DNA of 64,000 bases, taken from contig CASDTC010000004.1 of the NCBI GenBank assembly GCA_949283535.1, forward strand, positions 4,579 through 68,578, read 5' to 3'. Shown here piece by piece: positions 38,415-49,741 of this stretch. This DNA is from an uncultured Pseudomonadota bacterium. Its GTDB lineage: Bacteria > Pseudomonadota > Alphaproteobacteria > Rs-D84. Both the position numbers and the translations under genes were made by a program. The notes under the pieces are model-generated. The model saw only the letters and a list, made by a program, of their open reading frames with translations. It was not told the DNA's origin and did not search any database. Position 1 is the stretch's first letter. Each line of letters begins with the position of its first letter.

Positions 38415-38492
38415 GGGGTTGTAGCTCAGCTGGTTTAGAGCGTCTGCCTGTCACGCAGAAGGTCGCGGGTTCGAGCCCCGTCAATCCCGCCA
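38415..38492 (+). tRNA. tRNA-Asp (GTC)
   Basis: Anticodon loop CTGTCAC, CCA encoded. Hairpin terminator immediately downstream. Confidence 0.85.
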
Positions 38493-38609
38493 GAAATTAG
38501 CCACCAATATGGTGGCTGTTTTTATTTATTATATCGGAATAATATTCTGTTGATATACATGTGTATGTTGATATAATTGTACGGGTAAAAAATAAAAAAA
38601 GGGGAAAAT

Positions 38610-39089
38610 ATGAACATTAAATCTTTTGCAATCTTGGCGGGCGTTTTAGCATTGGCGGCATGCGGCGACAACACACCAAATCCGGAATTGTTAAAGGGTG
38701 CTAACTTTGTCGCGTCTGGTAATGGCACAGATATCACACTGGTGTTTGATGCAAACGAAATGCGTGTAAATGGTCAGGTTGTAAATCTGTACAACGGAAC
38801 GTATGAGGTTAACGGTGATCAAATCAAATTCAGCCCATTTGCATCAACAATGATGATGGGACCGATGGATGCAATGCAGACCGAACAAGACTATTTCCAA
38901 TTCATGACAACCGTTGAAACATATGATTTAAAAGATGGTCGTTTGACGCTGAAAAATGCCGATGGCAAAGAAATTGTATTTCAACAGGTTGAACCAACCG
39001 CCGAAGTAGTCGAAGCCGAAGTTGTTGAATCAGTCCCAGCAGATGCAGTTGCAGAACCTGTTGCCGCAGAACCAGCCCAGGCAGAATAA
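38610..39089 (+). CDS. META-domain (HslJ-like) lipoprotein
   Basis: Lipobox LAACG. META/DUF306-like LTLKNADGKEIVFQQV. Acidic Ala/Glu/Pro-rich tail. Confidence 0.55.
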   Translation: MNIKSFAILAGVLALAACGDNTPNPELLKGANFVASGNGTDITLVFDANEMRVNGQVVNLYNGTYEVNGDQIKFSPFASTMMMGPMDAMQTEQDYFQFMTTVETYDLKDGRLTLKNADGKEIVFQQVEPTAEVVEAEVVESVPADAVAEPVAAEPAQAE

Positions 39090-39191
39090 TAAAAATATGG
39101 CACGGTGGTATTTTGTCTTGACAAACGCCACCATGCCAGTTATAATTTGGCGGCATTTTGGATTGAATAAGTTCAAAACAATGGCAGTTTT

Positions 39192-39267
39192 GGCCCCATC
39201 GTCTAGAGGCCCAGGACACCGCCCTTTCAAGGCGAGAACACCAGTTCGAATCTGGTTGGGGCTGCCA
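39192..39267 (+). tRNA. tRNA-Glu (TTC)
   Basis: GGCCCCATCGTCTAGAGG..., anticodon loop CTTTCAA, CCA encoded. Hairpin terminator at about 39272-39302. Confidence 0.85.
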
Positions 39268-39529
39268 AAATAAATACCGCAGATTTCTGCGGTTTTTTTG
39301 TTGTTTTATATCGGCGTCGTTTTTTTGCACATTTTTGCACAAAATAAATATAATGATATAAATTTAGTAAAATTTTATATTTGGCAAAATACTTTCTGAT
39401 ATATAACCCATTGTTTTTTGTTTATTATAAGAATAGGAATATTTTCCACTGTACAAAAACGAGAATTTAGGATAAAATTCAACCATATTTAGAATATAGT
39501 CTAAATAAATCAAACAGAGGAGAGATTTT

Positions 39530-39760
39530 ATGACACACAGCAACATATGGGCGGCGATTGATACAGTGGCTGCAAAAATGGGTATTACCTGTTCTTGTTT
39601 AGCAAAACTTTGCGGTATGAACCCGACTGCGTTTAACAAAAGCAAACGCGTATCTAAATATGGCAAACCGCATTGGCCATCGGTCAGCACAATTTCTAAA
39701 ATCACATCTGTCGCGCATATTACACCCGAAGAATTCGGTCGTATTGTGCGTCAAAAATAA
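39530..39760 (+). CDS. 76-aa HTH protein, paralog of the gene at 33772-34017
   Basis: MTHSNIWAAIDTVAAKMGITCSCLAKLCGMNPTAFNKSKRVSKYGKPHWPSVSTISKIT. RBS gaggagaga. Terminator downstream. Confidence 0.55.
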   Translation: MTHSNIWAAIDTVAAKMGITCSCLAKLCGMNPTAFNKSKRVSKYGKPHWPSVSTISKITSVAHITPEEFGRIVRQK

Positions 39761-39785
39761 ACCGCCGCCCAAATGGGCGGCATTT

Positions 39786-41558
39786 TTATATTAATTTTGC
39801 ATCGCGCAACAATTGTTCCAAATATGTACCGTGGATTTTATTCATTCCATGTCTTTCCAAAATTTTTAAAACCCATGGAATATCGATATCGCGCAATTTT
39901 TTCTTGTCATTTAAATAATAAATACTGGACAATAATACACGAATATCAAAACATGAATCAAATACCTCTGGGATACCGCGATCAATATTTAATAGTGTGT
40001 ATACCGCCTGCATCGCGGTACGGACAGAATATTCAGTTGTAAAAACTGTATCACGTTCCGTTTCTGCATAATTACCAATAAATGCCAGATTTACTGAACC
40101 ACGCGGTACAACCAGTGGTCTGTCCCCCAATGCACGCGGCATAAAATATGTCGTTATATATGGCATATGACTGGGGACAGTGTTTGAACGATTTTGTGCA
40201 ATATCCATTATTTGTGATTCTGGTACACCGATATGATATAACCATTCTGCACACAATTCTGAACCGGTACAATCTGCAATTTTCTTTTTTATATAATTAC
40301 CATTTGTATCAGACAGTAACCCATATGTCCAAACGATTATTTCATTTGGCTTTTGACTGCGAAAGTGTGGCTGGCGTGAAATACTGAACCCGTACAGCCA
40401 ATTTGAATCTTTGATAGTGACGGGGCCGCTGCTGACGATTGAGCCGCTGTGCGGGTCTTTTTTACAGATTTTTTCAATATACGGCACAACCGTATCATCG
40501 GTCAGCGTAATTGTTGCCGATATAACCCAATTGGCATCCGGGATGTTTTCACAGAATTTTTCTGGGCGACCGAATTCATCGCACTGTGTCGCCAGATTTT
40601 TCCACAACTGCCACGATGCGCCCAGTTCATGCCGCGGGTCGGCCGGCGTATCGTTGTCGCCGTATGTGGTACTTTCTGTGATTGAACCGTTGGTCACGAA
40701 CACCAAATCATCAGGTGTCAGTTTGATTTCTTTTCTGCGACCTGATTTAACCATTTCTATTTTCTGGGCGACTTTTTTATTTGCGCCGCATTTAACAATA
40801 ATGTTCGTTATCGTTGTGTCAAAATGGAACTTTACCCCGTTATTTTCCAACCATCGTACCAATGGCGTTATCAGTGATTCATACTGGTTATATTTTGTGA
40901 ACTTTAACGCCGACATATCCGCCAGACGCCCAACATGATGGATAAATCGCAACAAATACCGGCGCATTTCCATCGCGCTGGACCAGCGTTCAAACGCGAA
41001 CATCGTTGCCCAATACAGCCAGAAATTAGATGCAAAAAATTCTTCGCCAAACACTTGGTCGATTTGAACATCTTGTAATTTTTCTTCGGGCGTCAAGACC
41101 AGGTCTATCATTTCGCGGATGGCATTCGGGGTCAATGTTAATTTGCCGTCATCTTTCATGCGGCGACCGCGATGTTCAATCGCGCGACAGTGCGAAAAAC
41201 TGGGGTCCGATTTGTTCAGCCAATAAAATTCATCCAGAACAGATACATCCGGATTTTCCAATGACGGAATTGACCGAAATAAATCCCACAGGGTTTCAAA
41301 GTGCGCCTCCATCTCGCGGCCACCACGAATAATGTACCCGCGTGACGGATTTAATATGCCGTCCATACTGCCCCCGGCGATGGGCAATTCTTCGAATATA
41401 TGAATTTTATTGCCGCGCATTTTGCCGTCACGAATCATAAACACCGCCGCCGCCAGTCCGGCAAGCCCGCCACCAACAATATATGCCGACTTTTTTGCCG
41501 CATCTGCCGGTGGTAATGGATTGGCAAACGCTTCGTAATTACCGTTGCTGTAATACAT
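39786..41558 (-). CDS. ohyA: oleate hydratase (FAD-dependent, MCRA family)
   Basis: [15 protein letters not shown]-terminus, Rossmann [13 protein letters not shown], about 590 aa. Confidence 0.85.
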   Translation of the reverse strand: MYYSNGNYEAFANPLPPADAAKKSAYIVGGGLAGLAAAVFMIRDGKMRGNKIHIFEELPIAGGSMDGILNPSRGYIIRGGREMEAHFETLWDLFRSIPSLENPDVSVLDEFYWLNKSDPSFSHCRAIEHRGRRMKDDGKLTLTPNAIREMIDLVLTPEEKLQDVQIDQVFGEEFFASNFWLYWATMFAFERWSSAMEMRRYLLRFIHHVGRLADMSALKFTKYNQYESLITPLVRWLENNGVKFHFDTTITNIIVKCGANKKVAQKIEMVKSGRRKEIKLTPDDLVFVTNGSITESTTYGDNDTPADPRHELGASWQLWKNLATQCDEFGRPEKFCENIPDANWVISATITLTDDTVVPYIEKICKKDPHSGSIVSSGPVTIKDSNWLYGFSISRQPHFRSQKPNEIIVWTYGLLSDTNGNYIKKKIADCTGSELCAEWLYHIGVPESQIMDIAQNRSNTVPSHMPYITTYFMPRALGDRPLVVPRGSVNLAFIGNYAETERDTVFTTEYSVRTAMQAVYTLLNIDRGIPEVFDSCFDIRVLLSSIYYLNDKKKLRDIDIPWVLKILERHGMNKIHGTYLEQLLRDAKLI

Positions 41559-41797
41559 GATATCTCTCTCCCTTGGTTTTTTGATACACATGTAATGTTA
41601 ATACAGCACGCCCACATAAATAAACAGGACAGGTTTCCGATTTGACAATTCGTAAATGTTATGAATATAATACAGACATGAAAAAAATATTATTTGGATT
41701 TTTATTGGTCGCGACGATGGCAATTGCCGCATGCGGCGTTAAATCAGAACTGGATAACCCCGACCCATCATATCCCCGCAATTATCCAGTGTATTGA

Positions 41798-42721
41798 TTA
41801 TAATAAATAATCCGCATCCTTGGCAGCAATGGATGCATACAACCGGTCATAGCCCCGAATATATGATAATTCAAACATATGTTCTGTATCAAATTTCATC
41901 ATCGCTTGGAATACCGCCTGTTCGGTTGAAACCAGTCCATGACGCAGCATGATTTTCCGAACCCGTTCGAATTCTAGATAGAAATCATGTACCAATTTCT
42001 TGGGCATCATGAACGACCCCGCCGGGACATCATAATCTGCGTTTATCATCGCAATATCGACCAGGCTTTGCCGCGCCAATGATTCAGATGTCGCATCCAT
42101 TATCGGGGCGCGGGTTTTACGATACAAATTATAAATAAATTTTGGCACAAATTTCGGGCGCGTTTTACCCAATGTTGGCGCAATTGTCATGCGAACGCGC
42201 GTGGGCTGTGCATCAATATGCCCTGTCCAACCATTCCAGAACGGCGCGTACATCGGATGCAATGACCCCGCATCAATCCACATAAAATATTTCGAATTAA
42301 ATTTATCATTCTTTGCCGCCCAATCCATAACCGACGGCTTTGCCGCAATCAGCGTTAAATAGTCTATCCATTGTTCTGGGGTTTTATGATGCAATAAATA
42401 TCCTGTCTTGCCGCGCATGTTATTTAACAGTTTTAGCCAATTATCGCGTTCGCTGTAATGTGGCAAATCTGAGAAATCCATAACACGCATAATTATATTT
42501 TTGTCCAGGCCACGCGATTTTATGAATTCTGCGGTTTGCACATCACACCACAGTGCAACACGGCGAAATGTGCGAATGAAATTTTCTAATGACGGCAAGT
42601 AAAAATCTTCGAATTTGCGCGTCATATGCTTTAAAGAATCCAAATCGCGTTGCGCCGGCATTTTGAACAGCATTGTACAAAATGTTATGTCGTCACGCGC
42701 ACCATCATATGTTATTGCCAT
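41798..42721 (-). CDS. hypothetical protein
   Basis: 307 aa from MAITYDGARDD. RBS ggggg. No recognisable motifs. Confidence 0.45.
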   Translation of the reverse strand: MAITYDGARDDITFCTMLFKMPAQRDLDSLKHMTRKFEDFYLPSLENFIRTFRRVALWCDVQTAEFIKSRGLDKNIIMRVMDFSDLPHYSERDNWLKLLNNMRGKTGYLLHHKTPEQWIDYLTLIAAKPSVMDWAAKNDKFNSKYFMWIDAGSLHPMYAPFWNGWTGHIDAQPTRVRMTIAPTLGKTRPKFVPKFIYNLYRKTRAPIMDATSESLARQSLVDIAMINADYDVPAGSFMMPKKLVHDFYLEFERVRKIMLRHGLVSTEQAVFQAMMKFDTEHMFELSYIRGYDRLYASIAAKDADYLL

Positions 42722-42901
42722 AAATGCCCCCAATAAAAATAACCGCCCCACAAGAATGACAGTCGGGGATTTCAAAAAATCAATCATCAGATAGATTCCG
42801 CCTGTTTTCGGGGAAACCTGTGATATAACTGACGCCCCGACCCCATTCCCAGTGGATTCAATCAGAATTTTAAAAGATATGGTGAAAAAATTCAAGGAAT
42901 T

Positions 42902-42974
42902 TGGTGGGCGTACAGAGATTTGAACTCTGATGGGTTTCCCCACTGGAACCTAAATCCAGCGCGTCTGCCAGTTT
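42902..42974 (-). pseudogene. partial duplicate of tRNA-Leu (3' 73 nt from D-loop to CCA), non-functional
   Basis: 3 mismatches to the intact gene over 73 nt. The 5' side is unrelated sequence, so the acceptor stem cannot form. Confidence 0.7.
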
Positions 42975-43026
42975 GACTACTGCGCCTGCGTTCCACTGCG
43001 TGTCGCCAGTTTTTTATCAATGAATT

Positions 43027-43111
43027 TGGTGCGGGTACAGAGATTTGAACTCTGATGGGTTGCCCCACTGGAACCTAAATCCAGCGCGTCTGCCAGTTTC
43101 GCCATACCCGC
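43027..43111 (-). tRNA. tRNA-Leu (TAG)
   Basis: Anticodon loop TTTAGGT, long variable arm GGGGCAACCC, A73, CCA encoded. 85 nt. Confidence 0.85.
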
Positions 43112-43267
43112 AATATGTACAACTTTTTGCTCTGCGTCCCGGCGGCACTTCGCTGTCGTCCGTCGCCGCCATACCCGCAAGTAGGATATTATATTATGAT
43201 AAAAAAGACTTGATTTCCAGTTATTTTTACAATAAAATCCAACGCAGAATAAATAAAAGGTTTAAAA

Positions 43268-43447
43268 ATGGCGTCTAAGAAAGGCAATAAAGAAGTCGTA
43301 AAGCTGGAAAATAAAGAAACTGGCTATTTTTATACGACAACAAAAAATACAAAGTCTGAAAATACCGCAGGCAAAATGAAGTTTCGCAAATATGATCCGA
43401 AACTGCGCAAGCATGTCGTTATGACCGAAGGTAAAATGCCTCACTAA
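43268..43447 (+). CDS. rpmG: 50S ribosomal protein L33
   Basis: 59 aa MASKKGNKEVVKLENKETGYFYTTTKNTKSENTAGKMKFRKYDPKLRKHVVMTEGKMPH. Missed by the ORF track because it is shorter than 60 aa. Terminator downstream. Confidence 0.8.
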   Translation: MASKKGNKEVVKLENKETGYFYTTTKNTKSENTAGKMKFRKYDPKLRKHVVMTEGKMPH

Positions 43448-43520
43448 TTTCGGATTATTTTATATATTTTAACGGGCGTTAATACGCCCGTTATTTTTAT
43501 ATTTATTATAATCGCCTTTT

Positions 43521-44819
43521 TTACTTTTTATCCGCAATTGCGCCGAATGCCATATCCATTTGTACGCCATTGTCGACACCGGTTTCTGTAAATTGAACGG
43601 TACCTGTTGCCTCGGTCGGGGTGGTGGATGGTCCATAATACCCAACATTCATATTTGCACCATTCGCAGTAATAACGCCGTCATCATTTGCTGTGGTCGC
43701 CAATTGCATATCAATATATGTGCCACCATCGTTATTATTTTTGTAATCTGTAAATGATATTGCACCAGTACTGTCCACAACCACATCATACCAATTATTG
43801 AAATTTGCATTCAGTGTTGATGTTTGCGATTGCGTATCAAATGTCAATTTTGTTGGGCGGGCTGTATCTTGTTGCAATTGAACTATATGGGCGCCTTTTG
43901 CCACGCGACCCGTGGCACGACCAGTAAATGTCATGTCAGAATCAATATCAGCAACGGCAATTTTCTTGTCATCATATCCGCCGGCAAATGGCATCAAGAA
44001 TTCATCCACCCGTTGATCGCCATCCATTGATGATATTATATTAATCAAACCAAAATCAGAATATGACAATCCCATTTGTTTGGCATCTGAAACATAATCC
44101 AATTCTAAAACCCGTCCGTTTTCAATATCAGAACCATAAAATGTACGGCTGTCCCCCAGTTTTGCCAAATCCACATCGCCAGAATCGCGGGTTAATGTCA
44201 TTCCAATGATTTCACCAGTATCATCAATTTTAAATTTCATTTTATAACCGTTCGTGGCGGTCAATGTGGCATTATCCACCGTTAATACGGTTGTGTTTTC
44301 AATCAATTCTGTGCGTGATGTATCAAATATTGCGGCATTATCATTGCGCCAATTTACAATGCATTCGGCGGTTGCCGCCCCATCAGATGCATTATAACAC
44401 TTTGCCGCCAATGATCGATTCAGTACCGCCATCGCCGCCCATAACATGTTTTTATCACTGTTATATGCAGACTGAATTTGCGCGGCATCTGCCGTGGTGA
44501 TTTCATTTGATAAACTGGCAACATCCATATAAGACGCAAACGGAATTTGTTCAAAACCAGATGGGTTGAATCCCTTTAATTTAAAGCCAATCCAATCTGT
44601 AACCTGGGCTTCATTTCTGGAATACATCCCTGTGATAATTGCATTATTATCCGTGGCATCATTTGAATATTCCGGGGTTTGAATTGGCGGTTGGTATGTT
44701 GGACGATCCTTGTACGGATTATATTGTACAGACCCACTGCCCGATTCCAGGCATCCGGTTAACATACCTGATACTACAATCAATGATGTGATAAATGATA
44801 TTCGTGCCATGGATTTCAC
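43521..44819 (-). CDS. surface lipoprotein with TbpB/fHbp-like C-terminal beta-barrel (putative Slam substrate)
   Basis: Lipobox LTGC. C-terminus NMNVGYYGPSTTPTEATGTVQFTETGVDNGVQMDMAFGA has the lipoprotein_5-type ending. Confidence 0.55.
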   Translation of the reverse strand: MKSMARISFITSLIVVSGMLTGCLESGSGSVQYNPYKDRPTYQPPIQTPEYSNDATDNNAIITGMYSRNEAQVTDWIGFKLKGFNPSGFEQIPFASYMDVASLSNEITTADAAQIQSAYNSDKNMLWAAMAVLNRSLAAKCYNASDGAATAECIVNWRNDNAAIFDTSRTELIENTTVLTVDNATLTATNGYKMKFKIDDTGEIIGMTLTRDSGDVDLAKLGDSRTFYGSDIENGRVLELDYVSDAKQMGLSYSDFGLINIISSMDGDQRVDEFLMPFAGGYDDKKIAVADIDSDMTFTGRATGRVAKGAHIVQLQQDTARPTKLTFDTQSQTSTLNANFNNWYDVVVDSTGAISFTDYKNNNDGGTYIDMQLATTANDDGVITANGANMNVGYYGPSTTPTEATGTVQFTETGVDNGVQMDMAFGAIADKK

Positions 44820-44939
44820 CTTTCCGTTATTTTTATATTACAAAGGTCATGATTTTTATTCAAGGTGTTTTTGCACTTGAATGATTTTTCTAATCCCAAT
44901 ATAATAATGTTAAGTATTCTGGGGCAAAAGGAGAAACAC

Positions 44940-46112
44940 ATGAAAAAAATGTCGTTATTGGTTTTGCTGGGGCTGTTGACCGCGTGCAATGATGGGGGTA
45001 CGCCATCGGGGGCATATGGTCGCCCAACAGATATGCGCCCCGGACGCAATCCATTTGTTAATACAGCCAAAGAATCAAATGCACAGATTACTGGGATGAT
45101 TTCTTCGAATGCCACCCAGGTTGCCAGTTATATGGATTACAGGCTGAACGGTTATACCGGCACAAAAACACCGGAACATTATGCTGATGTTGCAGAATTG
45201 GCAATAAACCTGGCAACGATGAATACTGATGAAATTGAAAATCAATTTACAGAAAATAAGGATATATTGTTCCAGGCAATGTATGTATTAAATCATAACC
45301 TGGGGACATGTGCGGGGGACACGGGGGCGATTGTTGCCGAATGCATAAACACATGGCGAAACGCAAACCAGGGCGCAATAAACGCGTCAATAAACAGTTT
45401 GCGTGCAAATGGTGAATTGTTAAGTATTAATGATGCAGAATTCATTTCCCCAGATGCCAGTTTAACATTTTCAATAAATGAATCTGGGGAAATAATGGGA
45501 ATAACCATTGATAATGGTGAAACGCAAAATGTATTTAATCGAAATGGTGATATATTTGTAAATAATACAGAAACACTGTCATACAATTCTGGGGCGGGCA
45601 GTAATCTGGTCTTGTCGTATTCTGATTTTGGAATATACACAATTACAAATAATGCCGACACATCTAAAATCACATACGCACCATTTGCCGGTGGGTATGC
45701 ATCAAAGCAAATCGCCGTTGCAAATATTGAAAAAGATATGACATTTTCTGGGCGCGCGGTCGGCACAGCGTCCAAGGGTGATGACAGCATAAATCTGGAT
45801 GGGACGGCAACATTAAACTTTAAAACAGGCGACAATCCAACATCTGAATTAATGGCGAATTTTGATAATTGGTACACTGTAAATATAACGCAGGCTGGTG
45901 ATGCACCAAATGCAAATTTTGTATTTTCTGGTAATCCAACAGAAACAGATGTTATATTAACAAATACAACCGGTACAGGGACAATGAATGTCGGATATTA
46001 TGGTCCAGACGGTACCCCGACCGAGGCAACAGGGCTGGCACAATTTACTGAATCAGGTGTCGAAAATGGTGTTAAATTTGATATGGCGTTTGGCGTCAAT
46101 AACAAGCAATAA
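44940..46112 (+). CDS. surface lipoprotein paralog (TbpB-like C-terminal barrel)
   Basis: Lipobox LTAC. Same C-terminal block MNVGYYGPDGTPTEATGLAQFTESGVENGVKFDMAFGV. Divergent from its paralog. Confidence 0.55.
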   Translation: MKKMSLLVLLGLLTACNDGGTPSGAYGRPTDMRPGRNPFVNTAKESNAQITGMISSNATQVASYMDYRLNGYTGTKTPEHYADVAELAINLATMNTDEIENQFTENKDILFQAMYVLNHNLGTCAGDTGAIVAECINTWRNANQGAINASINSLRANGELLSINDAEFISPDASLTFSINESGEIMGITIDNGETQNVFNRNGDIFVNNTETLSYNSGAGSNLVLSYSDFGIYTITNNADTSKITYAPFAGGYASKQIAVANIEKDMTFSGRAVGTASKGDDSINLDGTATLNFKTGDNPTSELMANFDNWYTVNITQAGDAPNANFVFSGNPTETDVILTNTTGTGTMNVGYYGPDGTPTEATGLAQFTESGVENGVKFDMAFGVNNKQ

Positions 46113-47483
46113 TTGAAAAAATTCAGCATAATATTTTTAATGTTTTGCATTCTGCCCGGGGGAACTTGGGCAGAATCTGCATCTGGGGTAAAAACGGTCA
46201 AAAATTCAGACGGTTCAACAGAAATTACGATGTCTGTACTGGATGCCATAAAAATGGCGGGCGCAATGGTTGATAATGGCGAATTGGATACCGCACAGCA
46301 AATTTTAAAAAATATGCCACATTTAAGTGGTGCAATGGGTATTGAACAACAATTTTTGCTGGGGCGCATTGCCGGATACCGTGGGGAATTTGATACCGCA
46401 ATAAAAATATATCGTAATATTTTAGATGCATACCCTGATTTAGCGCGCGTGCGTTTTGAATTGGCAATTTGTTATATGCACGCCAAACAATGGTATCGCG
46501 CAGATTATCAATTACGATTAGCAATGGCGGGACGTGATTTGCCAGAAAATGTTCGTCAAATGATGAACTATTACCGATATGTAATTCGACAAAATAAAAA
46601 CTGGAATGTATTTTTTAATTTTGGTGCCGCACCAGATAATAACATCAATAATGCAACTGGTGGCACAGAATGCGTTATGACGATTTTTGGTCCAATGTGT
46701 CGGAATCTGATTGAACCAGAATCTGCGGTCGGATACAACCTGACACTGGGTGGGGATTATGAATTCAGGTTATCTGACCAATGGCGATGGAAATCTGATG
46801 CGGGACTGTATTCAAACTTTTATGATTTACACGAATACGATGATATATATCTGTATGCCAGCACTGGTCCACGATATATCTGGTCGCGCGGGGATGTTTG
46901 GTTGGCGGCAACTGCGGCACGACGCTGGTATGGCTGGGATGGATACAATTGGACCGCAGGCGCGCGGTTAAATGCAAATTACGATTTTACACGAAAATTA
47001 TCAGGTGGGGTATCTTTGCAATATGGTCGAAATATTTATGATAATTTCGGTGAATATTTAAATGGCGACACATATTCCACCAGCGCACAAGTTTTTTATT
47101 CAATAACCCCAAATATTTATACCATATTGCGTGGTGGTATTTTACGCGAAAACGCGGCATCAGATACATATTCATATTGGCAACCCAGTATCAGCATTGG
47201 TGTTGGCGCCGAATTACCATACGGATTTGGTGTTTATTTGCAACCGGCGTTTTATTGGCAAAATTATGATGCCCCGCAATGGTCGGTGCAAGATGGAAAA
47301 TTTTCGCAAATTGTCGAACGCGATTTTTCCCAGCGTTATTCAGTGTCTGTATCAAATAATAAATTCAGTATAATGGGATTTGTTCCAACATTAATATTCA
47401 GTTATACCCGCCGTGATTCAAATATGTGGCAACGCGAATATGATAAATGGTCTGTGGAAATTACATTACAACAGCGGTTTTAA
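46113..47483 (+). CDS. Slam-like outer membrane protein (periplasmic TPR domain + DUF560 barrel)
   Basis: Signal peptide, TPR region, about 280-aa beta-rich C-terminus ending ...ITLQQRF. Directly abuts the SLP gene. Start is TTG as in the ORF track. Confidence 0.6.
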   Translation: MKKFSIIFLMFCILPGGTWAESASGVKTVKNSDGSTEITMSVLDAIKMAGAMVDNGELDTAQQILKNMPHLSGAMGIEQQFLLGRIAGYRGEFDTAIKIYRNILDAYPDLARVRFELAICYMHAKQWYRADYQLRLAMAGRDLPENVRQMMNYYRYVIRQNKNWNVFFNFGAAPDNNINNATGGTECVMTIFGPMCRNLIEPESAVGYNLTLGGDYEFRLSDQWRWKSDAGLYSNFYDLHEYDDIYLYASTGPRYIWSRGDVWLAATAARRWYGWDGYNWTAGARLNANYDFTRKLSGGVSLQYGRNIYDNFGEYLNGDTYSTSAQVFYSITPNIYTILRGGILRENAASDTYSYWQPSISIGVGAELPYGFGVYLQPAFYWQNYDAPQWSVQDGKFSQIVERDFSQRYSVSVSNNKFSIMGFVPTLIFSYTRRDSNMWQREYDKWSVEITLQQRF

Positions 47484-47486
47484 TAA

Positions 47487-47515
47487 AAAATTCCCGAATT
47501 GGGAATTTTTTATTT
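47487..47515. terminator. bidirectional hairpin terminator
   Basis: aaaaaattcccgaattgggaattttttattt serves both the Slam gene and the convergent parC. Confidence 0.5.
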
Positions 47516-49741
47516 ACCAAACTTTCCACTGCGTGGGAATCCAACCGGTACAGTTCGACCCTGGGACGCACGATGCCCCGTCCATGGCGCCCAATCATCC
47601 AATTTTGTTGTTCCGCGTCCAGTTGTCCACCCAAAACCGTCAGACGCGTTAAAGAACATTACATCCAAAACATATGTGCGTTCCGCATTATATTTTTGCA
47701 GGATAACACCCTTGCCCCGGGTCATTTCGGGTATTTCAGATGTTGGGAATATTAATAATTTATCGTTTGAACCAGACATGGCAACCGTATCACCCGTAAC
47801 AGGCACACACATTATTGCTGGATTACGCGCATCGGTATTCATAACCTGTTTACCAGAACGCGTTTGCGCCAAACAGTTTTCACCCGATACAATAAAACCA
47901 GTTCCATGCCGCCCAACCAGTAAATATTTTACCGATGTATCCAGTACGAATGCCGATATAATATTTTCATCTGCGCCAATGTCAACCATCATTCGCACCG
48001 ATTCCCCAAATCCACGCGCAGATGGCAAATCGTTTGCCGCAATTGTGAACATTTTACCACCACTGGCAAATAAATTAATTTTATCGGTCGACATCGCATG
48101 AAATGCAAATTGCAGCGCATCGCCTTCTTTGAATTTCAAATCCAGCGATGATAAATCCAGATGACCCTTGGCTGCACGAATCCAACCCATTGCAGACAGA
48201 ATTATTGTCATGGGTTCTTTTTCAATAAATTCATCTGTATTAACAACAATTTCCGCGGTCTGCGGTATCCATTGGGTGCGGCGACGTCCCAATGTTGTCT
48301 TTTTATCATAACGCTTTTTAATATCAGCAAACCATGCCTTTAATTGTTCATTTTGACGTTCGGGGCTGGTCAATAATTCATTTAATTCTTTCTGTTCCGC
48401 CAGTAATGCAGCATCTTCGCGACGAATTTCCATTTCTTCCAGTTTGCGCAACGAACGCAGGCGGGTGTTTAAAATCGCCTCTACCTGAATATCTGTTAAA
48501 TTAAATTCTGCAATCAAAACGGACTTTGGATCGTCTTCATTACGGATAATTTCAATTACACGATCCAGATTCAGATAAACAATTAACAATCCGCCCAAAA
48601 TTTCCAGACGGCGTGCGATATTTCCCAATCGCCAATTTGTGCGGCGCACCAATACATTTTTCTGGTGTGCAATAAATTCACGCAAAACATCACCAATGCC
48701 CATGACCCGCGGAACACCACGCGAATCAATCACATTGAAATTCATATTGAATTTATATTCTAAATCCGTCATCGCAAACAAATGCGCCATCATTTTGTCT
48801 GCGGGGACATTACGGCTTTTTGGGGTGATAACAATGCGAACATCTGTGGTTGATTCATCAGATATATCATCAACCAATGGCAATTTTTTTGTGTCAATCA
48901 TACTGGCAATTTGTTCCACCAGCTTTGATTTTATCAAACCATATGGAATTTCGGTTATAACAACCTGCTCTGCCCCACGGTCCAGCTTTTCTATTTCCCA
49001 TTTTGCACGAATTCTGAATGCGCCGCGCCCCGTATCATAATTCTTTACAATTGTATCAAAAGAATCAATTAAAACCCCACCAGTTGGGAAATCAGGTCCA
49101 ACCAACTTTTTCATAATCTGGGCAGTTGTTGCGTTTGGATTATCCACAACCAGGGTCAATGCATCACAAACCTCTGCCACATTATGGGTTGGAATATTCG
49201 TTGCCATACCAACCGCGATTCCCATGCCGCCATTTGCCAATAAATTTGGGAATGCCCCCGGCATAACAACCGGTTCAACGGTTGTGCCATCAAAATTTGG
49301 CATCATGTCAACACTGTCTTCGTCAATACCATCCATAATTAACATGGCGGCATCGGTCATCTTGGATTCTGTATAACGATACGCCGCCTGGGGGTCGCCA
49401 TCGATATTACCAAAATTACCCTGGCCATCAATTAAAGGATAACGAACAGAAAAATCCTGGGCCAGACGAACCATGGCATCATATACAGAAGAATCCCCGT
49501 GCGGGTGATAATGCCCCAACACATCGCCAACAACCGTTGCACATTTGCGAAATGCGGCATTTGGTGATAATTTTTGGCGCAACATGGAATACAAAATACG
49601 GCGATGCACCGGTTTCAGTCCATCGCGAACATCTGGCAATGCACGGGATACAATTGTGCTGACCGCATATGACAGGTATCGTTCAGACAATGCGTCTGAT
49701 AACTGTTGTGAATCAATTCTTTCGATAATTTCTTTACTCAT
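47510..49741 (-). CDS. parC: DNA topoisomerase IV subunit A
   Basis: [10 protein letters not shown]..., active-site region [19 protein letters not shown]. 743 aa, short and without a GyrA-box, so ParC is preferred over GyrA. Confidence 0.75.
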   Translation of the reverse strand: MSKEIIERIDSQQLSDALSERYLSYAVSTIVSRALPDVRDGLKPVHRRILYSMLRQKLSPNAAFRKCATVVGDVLGHYHPHGDSSVYDAMVRLAQDFSVRYPLIDGQGNFGNIDGDPQAAYRYTESKMTDAAMLIMDGIDEDSVDMMPNFDGTTVEPVVMPGAFPNLLANGGMGIAVGMATNIPTHNVAEVCDALTLVVDNPNATTAQIMKKLVGPDFPTGGVLIDSFDTIVKNYDTGRGAFRIRAKWEIEKLDRGAEQVVITEIPYGLIKSKLVEQIASMIDTKKLPLVDDISDESTTDVRIVITPKSRNVPADKMMAHLFAMTDLEYKFNMNFNVIDSRGVPRVMGIGDVLREFIAHQKNVLVRRTNWRLGNIARRLEILGGLLIVYLNLDRVIEIIRNEDDPKSVLIAEFNLTDIQVEAILNTRLRSLRKLEEMEIRREDAALLAEQKELNELLTSPERQNEQLKAWFADIKKRYDKKTTLGRRRTQWIPQTAEIVVNTDEFIEKEPMTIILSAMGWIRAAKGHLDLSSLDLKFKEGDALQFAFHAMSTDKINLFASGGKMFTIAANDLPSARGFGESVRMMVDIGADENIISAFVLDTSVKYLLVGRHGTGFIVSGENCLAQTRSGKQVMNTDARNPAIMCVPVTGDTVAMSGSNDKLLIFPTSEIPEMTRGKGVILQKYNAERTYVLDVMFFNASDGFGWTTGRGTTKLDDWAPWTGHRASQGRTVPVGFPRSGKFGK

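Noticed and set aside
38179-38484. 101-aa minus-strand ORF
   Set aside because: It is the reverse complement of tRNA-Asp and its flank. Not coding.
41798-42943. Long N-terminal extension (381 aa) of the hypothetical gene
   Set aside because: The first 74 codons are low-complexity and lack an RBS. The ATG at 42721 is preceded by GGGGG and gives a plausible start.
42977-43278. 67-aa and 77-aa ORFs across the tRNA-Leu genes
   Set aside because: They are translations through the tRNA-Leu and its partial duplicate. Not coding.
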